Assembly: GCF_003367075.2 (NCBI RefSeq)
Contig: NZ_CP065936.1
Location: 1,230,001-1,262,000 of the forward strand
Direction of reading: 5' to 3'
Source of the DNA: Cylindrospermopsis raciborskii Cr2010
GTDB lineage: Bacteria > Cyanobacteriota > Cyanobacteriia > Cyanobacteriales > Nostocaceae
DNA length: 32,000 nucleotides
The notes under the pieces were generated by a model, which was given only the letters and a program-made list of their open reading frames with translations, did not search any database and was not told the origin of the DNA. The position numbers and the translations under genes were made by a program. Of this stretch, positions 16,287-27,008 are shown piece after piece (within the stretch, counting starts at the first letter, position 1; each line of letters opens with the position of its first letter).

Positions 16287-17112
16287 GTAAAGTTTGGTAA
16301 CAAAAAAGAGAATTGAGGCGTTGCATATTTGCGGGATGAATCAACTAAACGCGGGTATTACTTCATACTTTAAATAGTGAAGTAATAATTTAATTGAATA
16401 CCTAAGCATATCTACAGATTTTGAATAGCATAGCGTTTTTCTATGTAGTCGCGCTAAGTAGTGACGTAAACGTGTATTTTCACCCTCTACCCTAGTCATA
16501 TATGTTTTGCTCACAATATGATCCTCTGGCTGAATAAAACTCGGATAAACCCTCCACCCATCAGTAACATAAAAAAAGCATTGCCAGAGTTTAACGATGT
16601 CCCACAAAGGTTGAAATGCTTGTGAGCTGTGGTCTCCCACAACCCAAGCCAGGATATTTTTACGGAAGTGATTTACTGCTGTCCACAACCATATTTTGTT
16701 TTTTTTTGATCCCACAAAGGTCTCCAACTCATCAAGCTCACCTACCAAGGGTGTTTCCTCAACTGGTGGAGCATCTGGAAGTATGGAACCAATTTGTTTT
16801 AGCCAGTAAATAATAGTTGTATGATGAACGCCTTTATCGCGTTCAATTGCTCTAAATCCCATACCGTTAACATAAGAGCGCAGGCAACTTTGTTTAACTT
16901 CTTCTGAATAGCCTTTAGGTGGACTATAGACATCGATAAATTGACGACCACAATCAACACAAATGTGATTTTGTTTACCTCGACGTTTGCCATTCTTTCT
17001 GATTTTGGAAGACCCGCAGTTTGGACAATGCACAGTAGATTACCTCAATTCATACCTCTATTATGCAACGCCATTGATTGCAGAAATGTTGAATGTCGTT
17101 ACAAAACTTTAC
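16287..17112 (-). mobile_element. IS1-family insertion sequence (about 826 bp)
   Basis: Terminal inverted repeats match 14/15: gtaaagtttggtaac (16287-16301) versus gttacaaaactttac (17098-17112). A sub-terminal inverted pair is ggcgttgcata (16317-16327) and tatgcaacgcc (17062-17072). There is a single transposase ORF. I could not see a clean target-site duplication. Confidence 0.75.
16341..17033 (-). CDS. IS1-family transposase (single-ORF type)
   Basis: GTG start, with GAGG 11 nt upstream. N-terminal zinc finger CPNCGS...CVDCGRQF, then an HTH region, then the DDE region (DELETFVGSKKNKIWLW...TDGW..Y...H...K..T..VEGENTRLRHYLARLHRKTLCYSKS), characteristic of IS1 InsAB-type proteins. Confidence 0.85.
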   Translation of the reverse strand: MHCPNCGSSKIRKNGKRRGKQNHICVDCGRQFIDVYSPPKGYSEEVKQSCLRSYVNGMGFRAIERDKGVHHTTIIYWLKQIGSILPDAPPVEETPLVGELDELETFVGSKKNKIWLWTAVNHFRKNILAWVVGDHSSQAFQPLWDIVKLWQCFFYVTDGWRVYPSFIQPEDHIVSKTYMTRVEGENTRLRHYLARLHRKTLCYSKSVDMLRYSIKLLLHYLKYEVIPAFS

Positions 17113-17149
17113 ATAGTTAGATATAGTACTCCTATCAAAGGTGAAAATG

Positions 17150-17650
17150 TCAACATCTCATAATATCTTCCATCCAATGAACATAACTGATTTGTTGACA
17201 CATACAAGCTTGAAGATAGCGGAACTTATCTAACATTTTTTCACCCCATTCATTGGGAACGGATACAAGTTGTAAAATTAGATAAGCGATGAGACTGGCA
17301 TAAATTTGTATGCCAATGCCATTAACGTTTTTCGTAATTAATTTATCCAATTTTAGGTGCATTTTTAAAAACTTCTATAACAGTTCAACTCCCCACCGTA
17401 AACGATAAATATCTCTGATTTCATCATCTGTAACTGCTGCTTCTCCATCTGCAGGTAAATTCGTGACTAAGCGAAATTCTGTTTTCGTTTCTAAATCACA
17501 AAAGTTAACTACCCTGTAAGCATAAGCATCACTCGCCGAACCAAATTAGACATCATTGATGAGCCAAATTTGTAATCATGATTATGTCCAAAATTTATCA
17601 AATTATCTTCTGGACTTCCCGTTTGACAGTATGCCCAGAAAAAACGTCTT
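17150..17650 (-). pseudogene. IS4-like (DDE) transposase, C-terminal portion, degraded
   Basis: The minus-strand translation reads FGSASDAYAYRVVNFCDLETKTEFRLVTNLPADG...EIRDIYRLRWGVELL*KFLKMHLKLDKL...IQIYASLIAYLILQL. An in-frame TAG sits at 17375-17377. Further upstream (17546-17650) only stop-riddled similarity remains. The left boundary of the remnant is approximate. Confidence 0.7.
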
Positions 17651-17947
17651 TAATTCCAACAGAGGATATTTTAACCATTGTTTTATGTTTTAAATCCGAT
17701 TAATATAGGTTTTGTTTTCTTGGCGACAAAAACCACAAGCTTCAGCAACCCCTACCATAATTATTTATTTTGGATAAGTACGGTATGTCAATCGAATTAT
17801 AGTATTATTGGATTGTTTCATACCTCCACTAAAAAAACAAGTCTTAATGTCAGAATTTTTGCCAAAACTCAATTTTTATCCCCAAAGGATCTGAAAATAT
17901 GCCAAAGTACGGTTTCATTTCAGTTCATAAATCATTTCGCTAAGTCA

Positions 17948-18727
17948 ATGCTACAAAATTTCAACCTTTTTCATAGTTTCCTTTTGTTTACTACTTCCTT
18001 TATTGCTGGTTCACTAAATGCTGTAGCAGGAGGTGGTAGTTTTATTACCTTTCCTACTCTTATATTTGTTGGTATATCCCCAATCACTGCCAATGCCAGC
18101 AATAATACTGCTTTATGGATTGCTTCTATGGCTAGTGCAGGTGCCTATAGGCGTAATTTACGCATACCAAAGAAAGAATTTTTAGTTCTATGTGTTACCA
18201 GTTTGATTGGGGGAGTAATTGGATCTGTAATTTTGTTATACACATCACCAAATGTTTTTAAAAACTTACTACCCTATCTATTGCTATCAGCGACACTAAT
18301 TTTCACCTTTAATGATGTATTTCAAAAATGGTTACAGGTGCAAAATCAAAGATCCTTGGATACCCCAACCGCCCCTTTGTGGGTTCTGGTAATTGCTCAA
18401 CTAGCAATTTCCGTTTACGGTGGTTTTTTTGGTGCAGGTCTGGGGATTTTAATGTTAGCAACTTTAAGTTTTTTAGGTATTAAAAATATTCACTCTATGA
18501 ATGCTTTTAAAGCCTTTCTCGGTAGTTGTATCAATGGTATTGCCATCTTTCCCTTTATGTATGCTGGAATGATTGCCTGGCATCAAACTATACTAATGGC
18601 TATCGGCGGTTCCCTAGGTGGTTACTTGTGTGCTCATTACGCTTATAAGTTGAAACCCAGTTTCGTTAAAACAATTGTTATCGTTACTGGGTTCAGCATG
18701 ACTATTTACTTTTTTATTCGTAGCTAA
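17948..18727 (+). CDS. tauE: TauE/SafE (DUF81) family sulfite/organosulfonate exporter
   Basis: From the ATG at 17948 the protein is 259 aa, polytopic, with the family-typical AGSLNAVAGGGSFITFP and VYGGFFGAGLGILML motifs. The 90 codons the track adds upstream (17678-17947) have no membrane-protein character. Confidence 0.8.
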   Translation: MLQNFNLFHSFLLFTTSFIAGSLNAVAGGGSFITFPTLIFVGISPITANASNNTALWIASMASAGAYRRNLRIPKKEFLVLCVTSLIGGVIGSVILLYTSPNVFKNLLPYLLLSATLIFTFNDVFQKWLQVQNQRSLDTPTAPLWVLVIAQLAISVYGGFFGAGLGILMLATLSFLGIKNIHSMNAFKAFLGSCINGIAIFPFMYAGMIAWHQTILMAIGGSLGGYLCAHYAYKLKPSFVKTIVIVTGFSMTIYFFIRS

Positions 18728-18755
18728 CATAGTTTTTGTAGTCATCAATACTTGA

Positions 18756-18928
18756 TTAGATCTGATTAATAATGCAGGGTCAGCTCGTGCTGGATCATTT
18801 TTAGATCTTGATGATCAAGTATTTTTAGATGCTTGGCACTTGAAAGTTTTAGGATACATTCGTTTTGTAAGATTGGTAGTTCCCTACTTCAAACAGCAAA
18901 GTGATGGAAGGATTGTAAATATTATTGG
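18756..18928 (+). pseudogene. short-chain dehydrogenase/reductase (SDR) internal fragment
   Basis: Encodes LDLINNAGSARAGSFLDLDDQVFLDAWHLKVLGYIRFVRLVVPYFKQQSDGRIVNIIG. This is the NNAG-to-(G)RIVNI(S) segment of classical SDRs. The TGxxxGxG Rossmann start and the YxxxK catalytic motif are both missing. Confidence 0.6.
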
Positions 18929-19123
18929 GTTTAATCTTGTAAATAAGTCCCGCATACTTGTTAAACTATTATCCAAGGCATAAGCCAACCAACACTCAAC
19001 ATAAAGACGGCTGTTCAAAACTGGATAATCATTTTTTGGTAACAGTCTGAGGATGTCCTTGACAATCTTGGGGAATGAATTTATGATCATTATCAAATCA
19101 ATATTTTGATATGGGTTGCCCAA
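18929..19123 (-). pseudogene. IS4-like transposase, N-terminal ~65-aa fragment
   Basis: (M)IINSFPKIVKDILRLLPKNDYPVLNSRLYVECWLAYALDNSLTSMRDLFTRLN resembles the N-terminus of IS4-family DDE transposases. Homology ends abruptly at the junction with the SDR fragment. A 9-bp stem hairpin (19116-19124 with 19136-19144) lies at the outer end. Confidence 0.55.
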
Positions 19124-19258
19124 ATTTTAATATATTTTGGGCAATTTTTATCACAACTTTCTTAACATTCAACACTTCTGGGTATAATTAACTTACAAGT
19201 GCATAAATAAGGTGCAAGCAAGGCACTTTTAATCTACCTTTTTTGAGGCTTTGGTAAT

Positions 19259-19822
19259 ATGGCTGATGTGTTAGCTATTGCTGGTAGTCCTGCTCATCCT
19301 TCTAGAACATACGGGATTTTAGAGTATGCTACTCAGTTAATTTCTGAACAAGGTTTGGAAACAACTATTATTTCTGTCCGGGATTTGCCTGCTGAGGATT
19401 TAGTTTACGGGCGCTATAACAGTCCTGCACTGGAAAAGCCCAAAGAGCTGATACAGCAGGCTAGTGGTATCATAATTGCCACCCCTATTTATAAAGCTGC
19501 ATACACAGGAGTACTCAAGTCTTTCTTAGACCTATTACCCCAAAAAGCTTTAAGCGGTAAGATACTACTTCCCTTTGCTACTGGTGGTACTATTGCCCAT
19601 CTCTTAGCAATTGAATATGCTTTAAAACCAGTTTTATCTGAACTGGGTGCTAGGCATATTTTAAGTACAGTATATGCAGTAGATAAGCAAATTCAATTTT
19701 CCCAAGAGGGTTCGATTCAATTAGAAGAAGAGCTAGCCCAGAGACTACATGAAAATGTAGGAGAGTTGGTACGACTTGTTAATTCTGTAAAAGTTAATGA
19801 ACAAAAGTTGTCAGTTTCCTAA
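19259..19822 (+). CDS. ssuE: NAD(P)H-dependent FMN reductase, SsuE/MsuE family
   Basis: 187 aa. Flavodoxin-like pattern: AIAGSPAHPSRT...IIIATPIYKAAYTGVLKSFLDLLP...GGT. A TATAAT at 19183-19188 could be its -10 element. Confidence 0.8.
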   Translation: MADVLAIAGSPAHPSRTYGILEYATQLISEQGLETTIISVRDLPAEDLVYGRYNSPALEKPKELIQQASGIIIATPIYKAAYTGVLKSFLDLLPQKALSGKILLPFATGGTIAHLLAIEYALKPVLSELGARHILSTVYAVDKQIQFSQEGSIQLEEELAQRLHENVGELVRLVNSVKVNEQKLSVS

Positions 19823-19846
19823 AAACTAAAGTGGAGGCAATTAGCT

Positions 19847-20038
19847 ATGATAAGCGGACAAAAAGCAATTTGGAAAAGACTCAGAAGTAGCAAGCTATTT
19901 GTTATAGGGTTAGCAATCTTCTCATGTTTATTAATTACTCCTCTGTTGCACTTACCCGCATGGGGAAATGTTACTAACAGCAGGATCCAGTTTGTTAGTC
20001 CTAACTGGGTAGCAGAAAATATTAAGTTATATCGTTGA
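19847..20038 (+). CDS. 63-aa ORF with signal-anchor; possibly the 5' stub of a sulfonate-binding protein gene (ssuA-like)
   Basis: A basic N-terminus is followed by a hydrophobic segment (KLFVIGLAIFSCLLITPLL). It sits where ssuA follows ssuE in the E. coli ssuEADCB order. The sequence is too short to assign. Confidence 0.25.
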   Translation: MISGQKAIWKRLRSSKLFVIGLAIFSCLLITPLLHLPAWGNVTNSRIQFVSPNWVAENIKLYR

Positions 20039-20168
20039 ATTTAGCCAATCGGTAAACCTTTCTCAACAAAACGATTTAATGGCTTGTACCAGAACTAAAA
20101 AAGGTCAACCATCAGATGATAAAGGCGAAAACCCGTCTAGGACTTGATTAGCAATAGCTTAACGGTTT

Positions 20169-20190
20169 GGGGGGTGGTTCGCCGCCTCCC
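20169..20190 (+). other. GC-rich 9-bp stem hairpin with UUCG tetraloop in the yeeE leader
   Basis: ggggggtgg-ttcg-ccgcctccc gives 7 G-C pairs plus 2 G-U wobbles. It is the most GC-rich local structure in an otherwise AT-rich spacer, 48 nt upstream of the yeeE ATG, and no U-run follows. Confidence 0.5.
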
Positions 20191-20237
20191 TAAGTGGTTA
20201 TTGTTAGCCCATGAGTAAACTGTGACTGGCACTTTTG

Positions 20238-21125
20238 ATGAAAACATACACTCAACCGGAAAAATTAATTGTGGCGATCGCCCCTGTAGGAATATCAGGA
20301 GTGATAGGAGCATTTATCTTTGGGATAGGGATGCAATTAGGTGGAGCTTGTGGTTGTGGCACACTTTACACTATAGGTAGTGGCAATTATACCATGATCA
20401 TCACCCTAATCACCTTTTGTTTGGGGTCATTTTGTGCCAGCATAAGCCAAGACCTTTGGTCTGGATTACCGCAAATCCCCCCCATAGTCTTAGGTGAAAC
20501 CATTGGTTGGAAGAATGCAGTAATTGTCCAACTAATCATTTTTTTCTTTTTAGCGATAATAGTGGGTATTTGGACTAAAAACAGTCCCACCTCGCCAAAA
20601 AATAGCAGCTGGAGAAATTTTTTATACAATCCATGGTCGATATTTACGGGAGGGATTATTTTAGGGTTACTAAACTGGTTAACCCTAGTAATTTCTGGAC
20701 AACCCTGGCGAATCACCTGGGGGTTTGCATTGTGGATGGCTAAAATTGCCATGTTTTTGGGCTGGAACCCATCCAGTAGCAAATTTTGGGATGGGGATCC
20801 AGCACTTTCCAGTTCAGTCCTAGCGGATACCACCTCAATCATGAACCTAGGTTTGATTCTAGGTGCATTATTGGCAGCTGGTTTAGCTGGTAAATTAATA
20901 CCACAAACGGCAACTAACCCCTCAACACTCCTTTCTAAAGCAGTGGGTGGACTAATCATGGGTTTCGGAGCTTTTGCTGCTTTTGGATGTAATATTGGTG
21001 CCTTTTTCAGTGGCATTGCTTCCACCAGCTTACACGGTTGGCTGTGGATTATTTTTGCCCTATTAGGTACTTTCTTGATTATTAAGTTCACTTTCCCCCA
21101 AACTAAATTAGGGGCAATCAAGTAA
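20238..21125 (+). CDS. yeeE: YeeE/YedE family sulfur (thiosulfate) transporter, possibly N-terminally truncated
   Basis: Two of the family's conserved Cys loops are present (LGGACGCGTLYTIGSG and AFGCNIGAFFSG). Compared with my recollection of E. coli YeeE (352 aa, three Cys loops), the first ~70 aa and the first loop are missing. ATG 20238 is preferred over TTG 20235. Confidence 0.75.
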   Translation: MKTYTQPEKLIVAIAPVGISGVIGAFIFGIGMQLGGACGCGTLYTIGSGNYTMIITLITFCLGSFCASISQDLWSGLPQIPPIVLGETIGWKNAVIVQLIIFFFLAIIVGIWTKNSPTSPKNSSWRNFLYNPWSIFTGGIILGLLNWLTLVISGQPWRITWGFALWMAKIAMFLGWNPSSSKFWDGDPALSSSVLADTTSIMNLGLILGALLAAGLAGKLIPQTATNPSTLLSKAVGGLIMGFGAFAAFGCNIGAFFSGIASTSLHGWLWIIFALLGTFLIIKFTFPQTKLGAIK

Positions 21126-21146
21126 AAATCTCAAAAAAGAGTATAA

Positions 21147-23465
<2,319 letters not shown>

Positions 23466-23488
<23 letters not shown>

Positions 23489-25307
23489 CTTCCTCAGGTA
23501 AAAATCCACCCGCCTGCATTTTCCATAGTTTGTAATAGGTTCCACCCAATGCCAGCAAATCATCATGAGAACCGTCCTCAACAATACGACCCCTGTCAAA
23601 TACCAAAATACGATCTAAATGAGAAATGGTAGACAAACGATGGGCCACCACAATCACTGTCTTATCATTCATTGCCAGATCCAAAGTTTCCTGAATTGCC
23701 TTTTCAGTAATAGAATCCAAACTAGAAGTTGCCTCATCTAAAATCAAAATTGGTGCATCCTTTAAAATAACCCTAGCAATAGCAATCCTCTGTCTTTGTC
23801 CTCCAGATAACTTCACTCCTCGTTCTCCCACTAAAGAATTATAACCATTATTCATTTGAGCAATAAAATCATGGGCATAAGCCTTGATTGCGGCTATTTT
23901 CACATCTTCATCTTCAGCTTCTAAACGACCATAACGAATATTTTCCAGTAAAGTGCGATGGAACAAAGAAGGATCCTGAGGAATTAAACTAATCTGAGAA
24001 TGGAGAGAATCCTGAGTCATTTCCCTAATATCCACCCCATCAATAAGAATTTTTCCTGATTGAGGGTCAAACAACCGCAAAATTAAATTCACAAAAGTGG
24101 ATTTACCAGACCCAGAAAATCCCACTAAGCCCACCCGCTGACCCGGTTCAATTGCCACGGAAAGATTTTCAAAAACCTTTTTCTCCCGAGAATAACTAAA
24201 GTTAACCTGGCGAAACTCAATCCTTCCTTGAAAAAATTGGTGAGCAAGAGCATGCTCCTTATCAATTAACTCATGAGGTTGAACTATTATATGAACTCCA
24301 TTAGCTATATTACCAATGTGTTCAAAAAATTCAATAAACCTGCGACTTAAGTTCTTCGCTTCACTAATAATTAACAACGACAAACTCGTTGCTACCACAA
24401 AATCCGCTGCTGTAATTAATCCCCCACTCCACAAAAATATAGAATAATACAAAGTACTAACTTTAAGAATAGCAGCAGAAATAAATTGAAACCAACGAAT
24501 TCTCTCCGAATACCAATTAGCTCTCCTTACCTCCTTAAGTTCATACCTTAATCGCTCATTTAAATATTCCCTTTCAAAGCCCAAACGAGCAAATAACCTA
24601 GTGCTACTAAGATTTGTTACAGCATCAACAATAATACCTGTAGTGTCACTTCTAGCCGCTGCTGCCCTGCGAGAATAAATTCGACAACGAGTAGCTAACC
24701 AAAAAGAAATAGTAATAAACAAAACTGCCCACGTACCAACTAATGCTGCTAAGGGAGGATAGGTACGATAAAGCAAAATTGTGGATACCACATACACAAT
24801 TATTAAAGACATAAACTCAGTAATCAGCATTTGCATTGTTTGAGTAACACCTAAAGATGTTTCACCAATACGATGTGCTAATGCTCCCGCAAAACTACTA
24901 CTTAAATAACGATGGGAATGATATTGCAAATAGGCGTACAGTGAGCGGACAATATGCTGACGATGAATAGGATGCAGAATAGTTTGTAATAAACCCGCAG
25001 CACGCCCAAAAACTACCTCACCAATAATAAGAAAAGTAAATAAAGTTAAAGGTTGTTTAATAGCTGCAAAAATTTCTCCACTATTGGTATGAGCTACTGT
25101 CACAGTACGAATTATCTCTCCTATAGCGTATGGCAACATAATTCCACAGGTAGCATGTAATATTTCAGACACCACCATTGCCACATACCACCAGCGAAAC
25201 TGGTTCACAAAATAACAAACAAACCGGAATGGTGTATTAGGCAAATTAGGTGCTTCAGATGCACGCTGAAAAGACTGCCAAGGTCTTACATTTTTGAACA
25301 TTAACAT
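23466..25307 (-). CDS. ABC exporter, fused permease + ATPase (MsbA/MdlB-like half-transporter)
   Basis: The N-terminus carries six hydrophobic segments. The NBD has Walker A GFSGSGKST, signature LSGGQRQR and Walker B ILILDEATS. The 3' end overlaps convergent metX by 23 nt. Confidence 0.9.
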
Positions 25308-25333
25308 CTATCTCTTACAAACCAACACCAGCA

Positions 25334-25363
25334 ATAAAAATATCTCTGGCCAAAAGCCAGAGA
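25334..25363 (-). terminator. rho-independent-type terminator after the amidohydrolase gene
   Basis: tctctggc (25343-25350) pairs with gccagaga (25356-25363) around a 5-nt loop. On the minus strand the hairpin is followed by tattttt (complement of 25336-25342). It lies 39 nt past the stop codon. Confidence 0.5.
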
Positions 25364-25401
25364 GTTCTACCGTTCAACCCCCCAAATCATCAAAACCGTC
25401 T

Positions 25402-26943
25402 TTATACTGACACCAAATTTTGCTCCAGACTTTCTACCTTTAAAGACCTAGCTACCTTAGATTCAATTACCGTACCCTGGAAGAAATCGGGATTAGCTTC
25501 CGTATAGAACTTATAAGGATTACCAAACACATAGGCTTGGAAATCATCCTCAGAAAGCACACCCTCCTGAACCAAATCCCAGCTTTCCGCTAAAGGATCT
25601 GTTAAATCAGGCACATCCCAATGACCCACATCAGAAGAATAAATAGCGTTGATTTTTACATTTAAGGGATTAGCTCGATTATTGAATGCACTGGCAATAG
25701 TCCGGTCATCCGACTCGGAACCAAAGAAGAAACTGTTTACCCATCGATCGCGTATATCCTCAATAGATTCAATCCCCGCAGCAGCAAAATCTTCTAACTC
25801 ACTGCCCACAGGGGAACGACTAAAACGAGTAAAAGAAGATCCCAAAACACTTCGAGTTAGCTCCTCTTTACTCAGAGAATATCCCTCCAGTAATTCTGCA
25901 CCAAATTTCAAGAACAGCTCATACAACTCATGACTATTAGCCAGGTCCGGGTTATAGTTTTGTAACCCATTCAAACTACGCTTAGAAAAACGATCCACCA
26001 GATGAATATAAACATGAGCGCCCCAATCTGCTCCACCTTCTAACATCCCCACACGCAATTTAGGAAAACGCTTAGTTACACCACCAAAAAATAGGGCCTT
26101 AGCAAACGCCTGAGAACCATCAGCAAAATGACCAATATGGTTGTTCATATAATTACTGATGGAAGAACGACCTGTCCACCCCTGACTACCATAATGAGTA
26201 GTTACAGGTACTCCTAACTCAACCACCTTCGCCCAAAAAGGATCATAGTCATATTCACTGTCTATGCCATAAAAATCAATATAAGACGCATATCTGGCAA
26301 TTTCCGGATATTCCTCAGCCGGATACTTATCCGCGATCGCCCGAATAGGTCTTTTCACACCACCAGGAATATTAGCCACCTTCAAACCCAGAGTTTTTAC
26401 GGCAAATTCCAGTTCCTCAATCGCTTCTTGAGGGGTGTTCATGGGAATTCCCGCCACCACCGTCAGGCGATCGCTATATTTGCGATATAAATCGGCATGA
26501 TAATGATTAATTGCCCGCTGTAGTGCTTGACGAGTATCATTACTAGCACCTGCGGGTGCTAAAACATTATTAGGGAAGAGTACGGAATAATCAGATCCTT
26601 GCTCTGCTTGGCGCTCATAAAACAATTCCGGCAAAGTATACGTAGCTAAATCTAAGGTATTGCGGGTTACTCTTGCCCACCAGGGAGAGCGAATAGTACG
26701 ATAATATTGACGTTCTTCCTGTGTTTGTTCATACCAGTCTTTACCCTTAGCCTTAGAATTGAGGCGGGAAGATTCTGCTTTACGTAGTGAATCTACCAAT
26801 CTTGATCCCCCATAGTTAGCAATATAATCTTCTAAAGCAGGGGTAAAATCATTGGTATGAACATCAGTATCGATTACAGGATAATTGAGCTTAGACTTAA
26901 TCGCAGCGGAGCGAGAGCTTTTACGTTTGCTATATTCAGCCAT
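25402..26943 (-). CDS. amidohydrolase-2 (TIM-barrel metal hydrolase/decarboxylase) family protein
   Basis: 513 aa. The N-terminal VIDTDVH metal-ligand strand and overall pattern fit the PF04909-type amidohydrolase family as I recall it. Substrate unknown. Confidence 0.65.
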   Translation of the reverse strand: MAEYSKRKSSRSAAIKSKLNYPVIDTDVHTNDFTPALEDYIANYGGSRLVDSLRKAESSRLNSKAKGKDWYEQTQEERQYYRTIRSPWWARVTRNTLDLATYTLPELFYERQAEQGSDYSVLFPNNVLAPAGASNDTRQALQRAINHYHADLYRKYSDRLTVVAGIPMNTPQEAIEELEFAVKTLGLKVANIPGGVKRPIRAIADKYPAEEYPEIARYASYIDFYGIDSEYDYDPFWAKVVELGVPVTTHYGSQGWTGRSSISNYMNNHIGHFADGSQAFAKALFFGGVTKRFPKLRVGMLEGGADWGAHVYIHLVDRFSKRSLNGLQNYNPDLANSHELYELFLKFGAELLEGYSLSKEELTRSVLGSSFTRFSRSPVGSELEDFAAAGIESIEDIRDRWVNSFFFGSESDDRTIASAFNNRANPLNVKINAIYSSDVGHWDVPDLTDPLAESWDLVQEGVLSEDDFQAYVFGNPYKFYTEANPDFFQGTVIESKVARSLKVESLEQNLVSV

Positions 26944-27008
26944 ATTTTCTCCTGAAACAAATTGGTTACAAACTGGTTAATAATTTATGAATAGCGGAAA
27001 AGACCTAA

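Noticed and set aside
17678-17947. 90-codon N-terminal extension of the tauE ORF given in the track
   Set aside because: The extension starts at a non-ATG codon and has no membrane-protein or family character. It lies in IS-debris-flanked DNA. The ATG at 17948 gives a normal 259-aa TauE/SafE protein.
20079-20147. 22-codon ORF (MACTRTKKGQPSDDKGENPSRT) in the yeeE leader as a possible Cys/Met-sensing leader peptide
   Set aside because: It has no Shine-Dalgarno-like sequence, only one Cys and one Met, and no obvious coupling to the hairpin. It cannot be distinguished from chance without conservation data.
20387-21121. 244-aa minus-strand ORF covering almost all of yeeE
   Set aside because: It is antisense to a gene with clear family motifs. 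Its sequence is low-complexity (Pro/Lys/Ala-rich) with no motif. Long antisense ORFs are expected opposite Gly/Ala/Leu-rich membrane genes.
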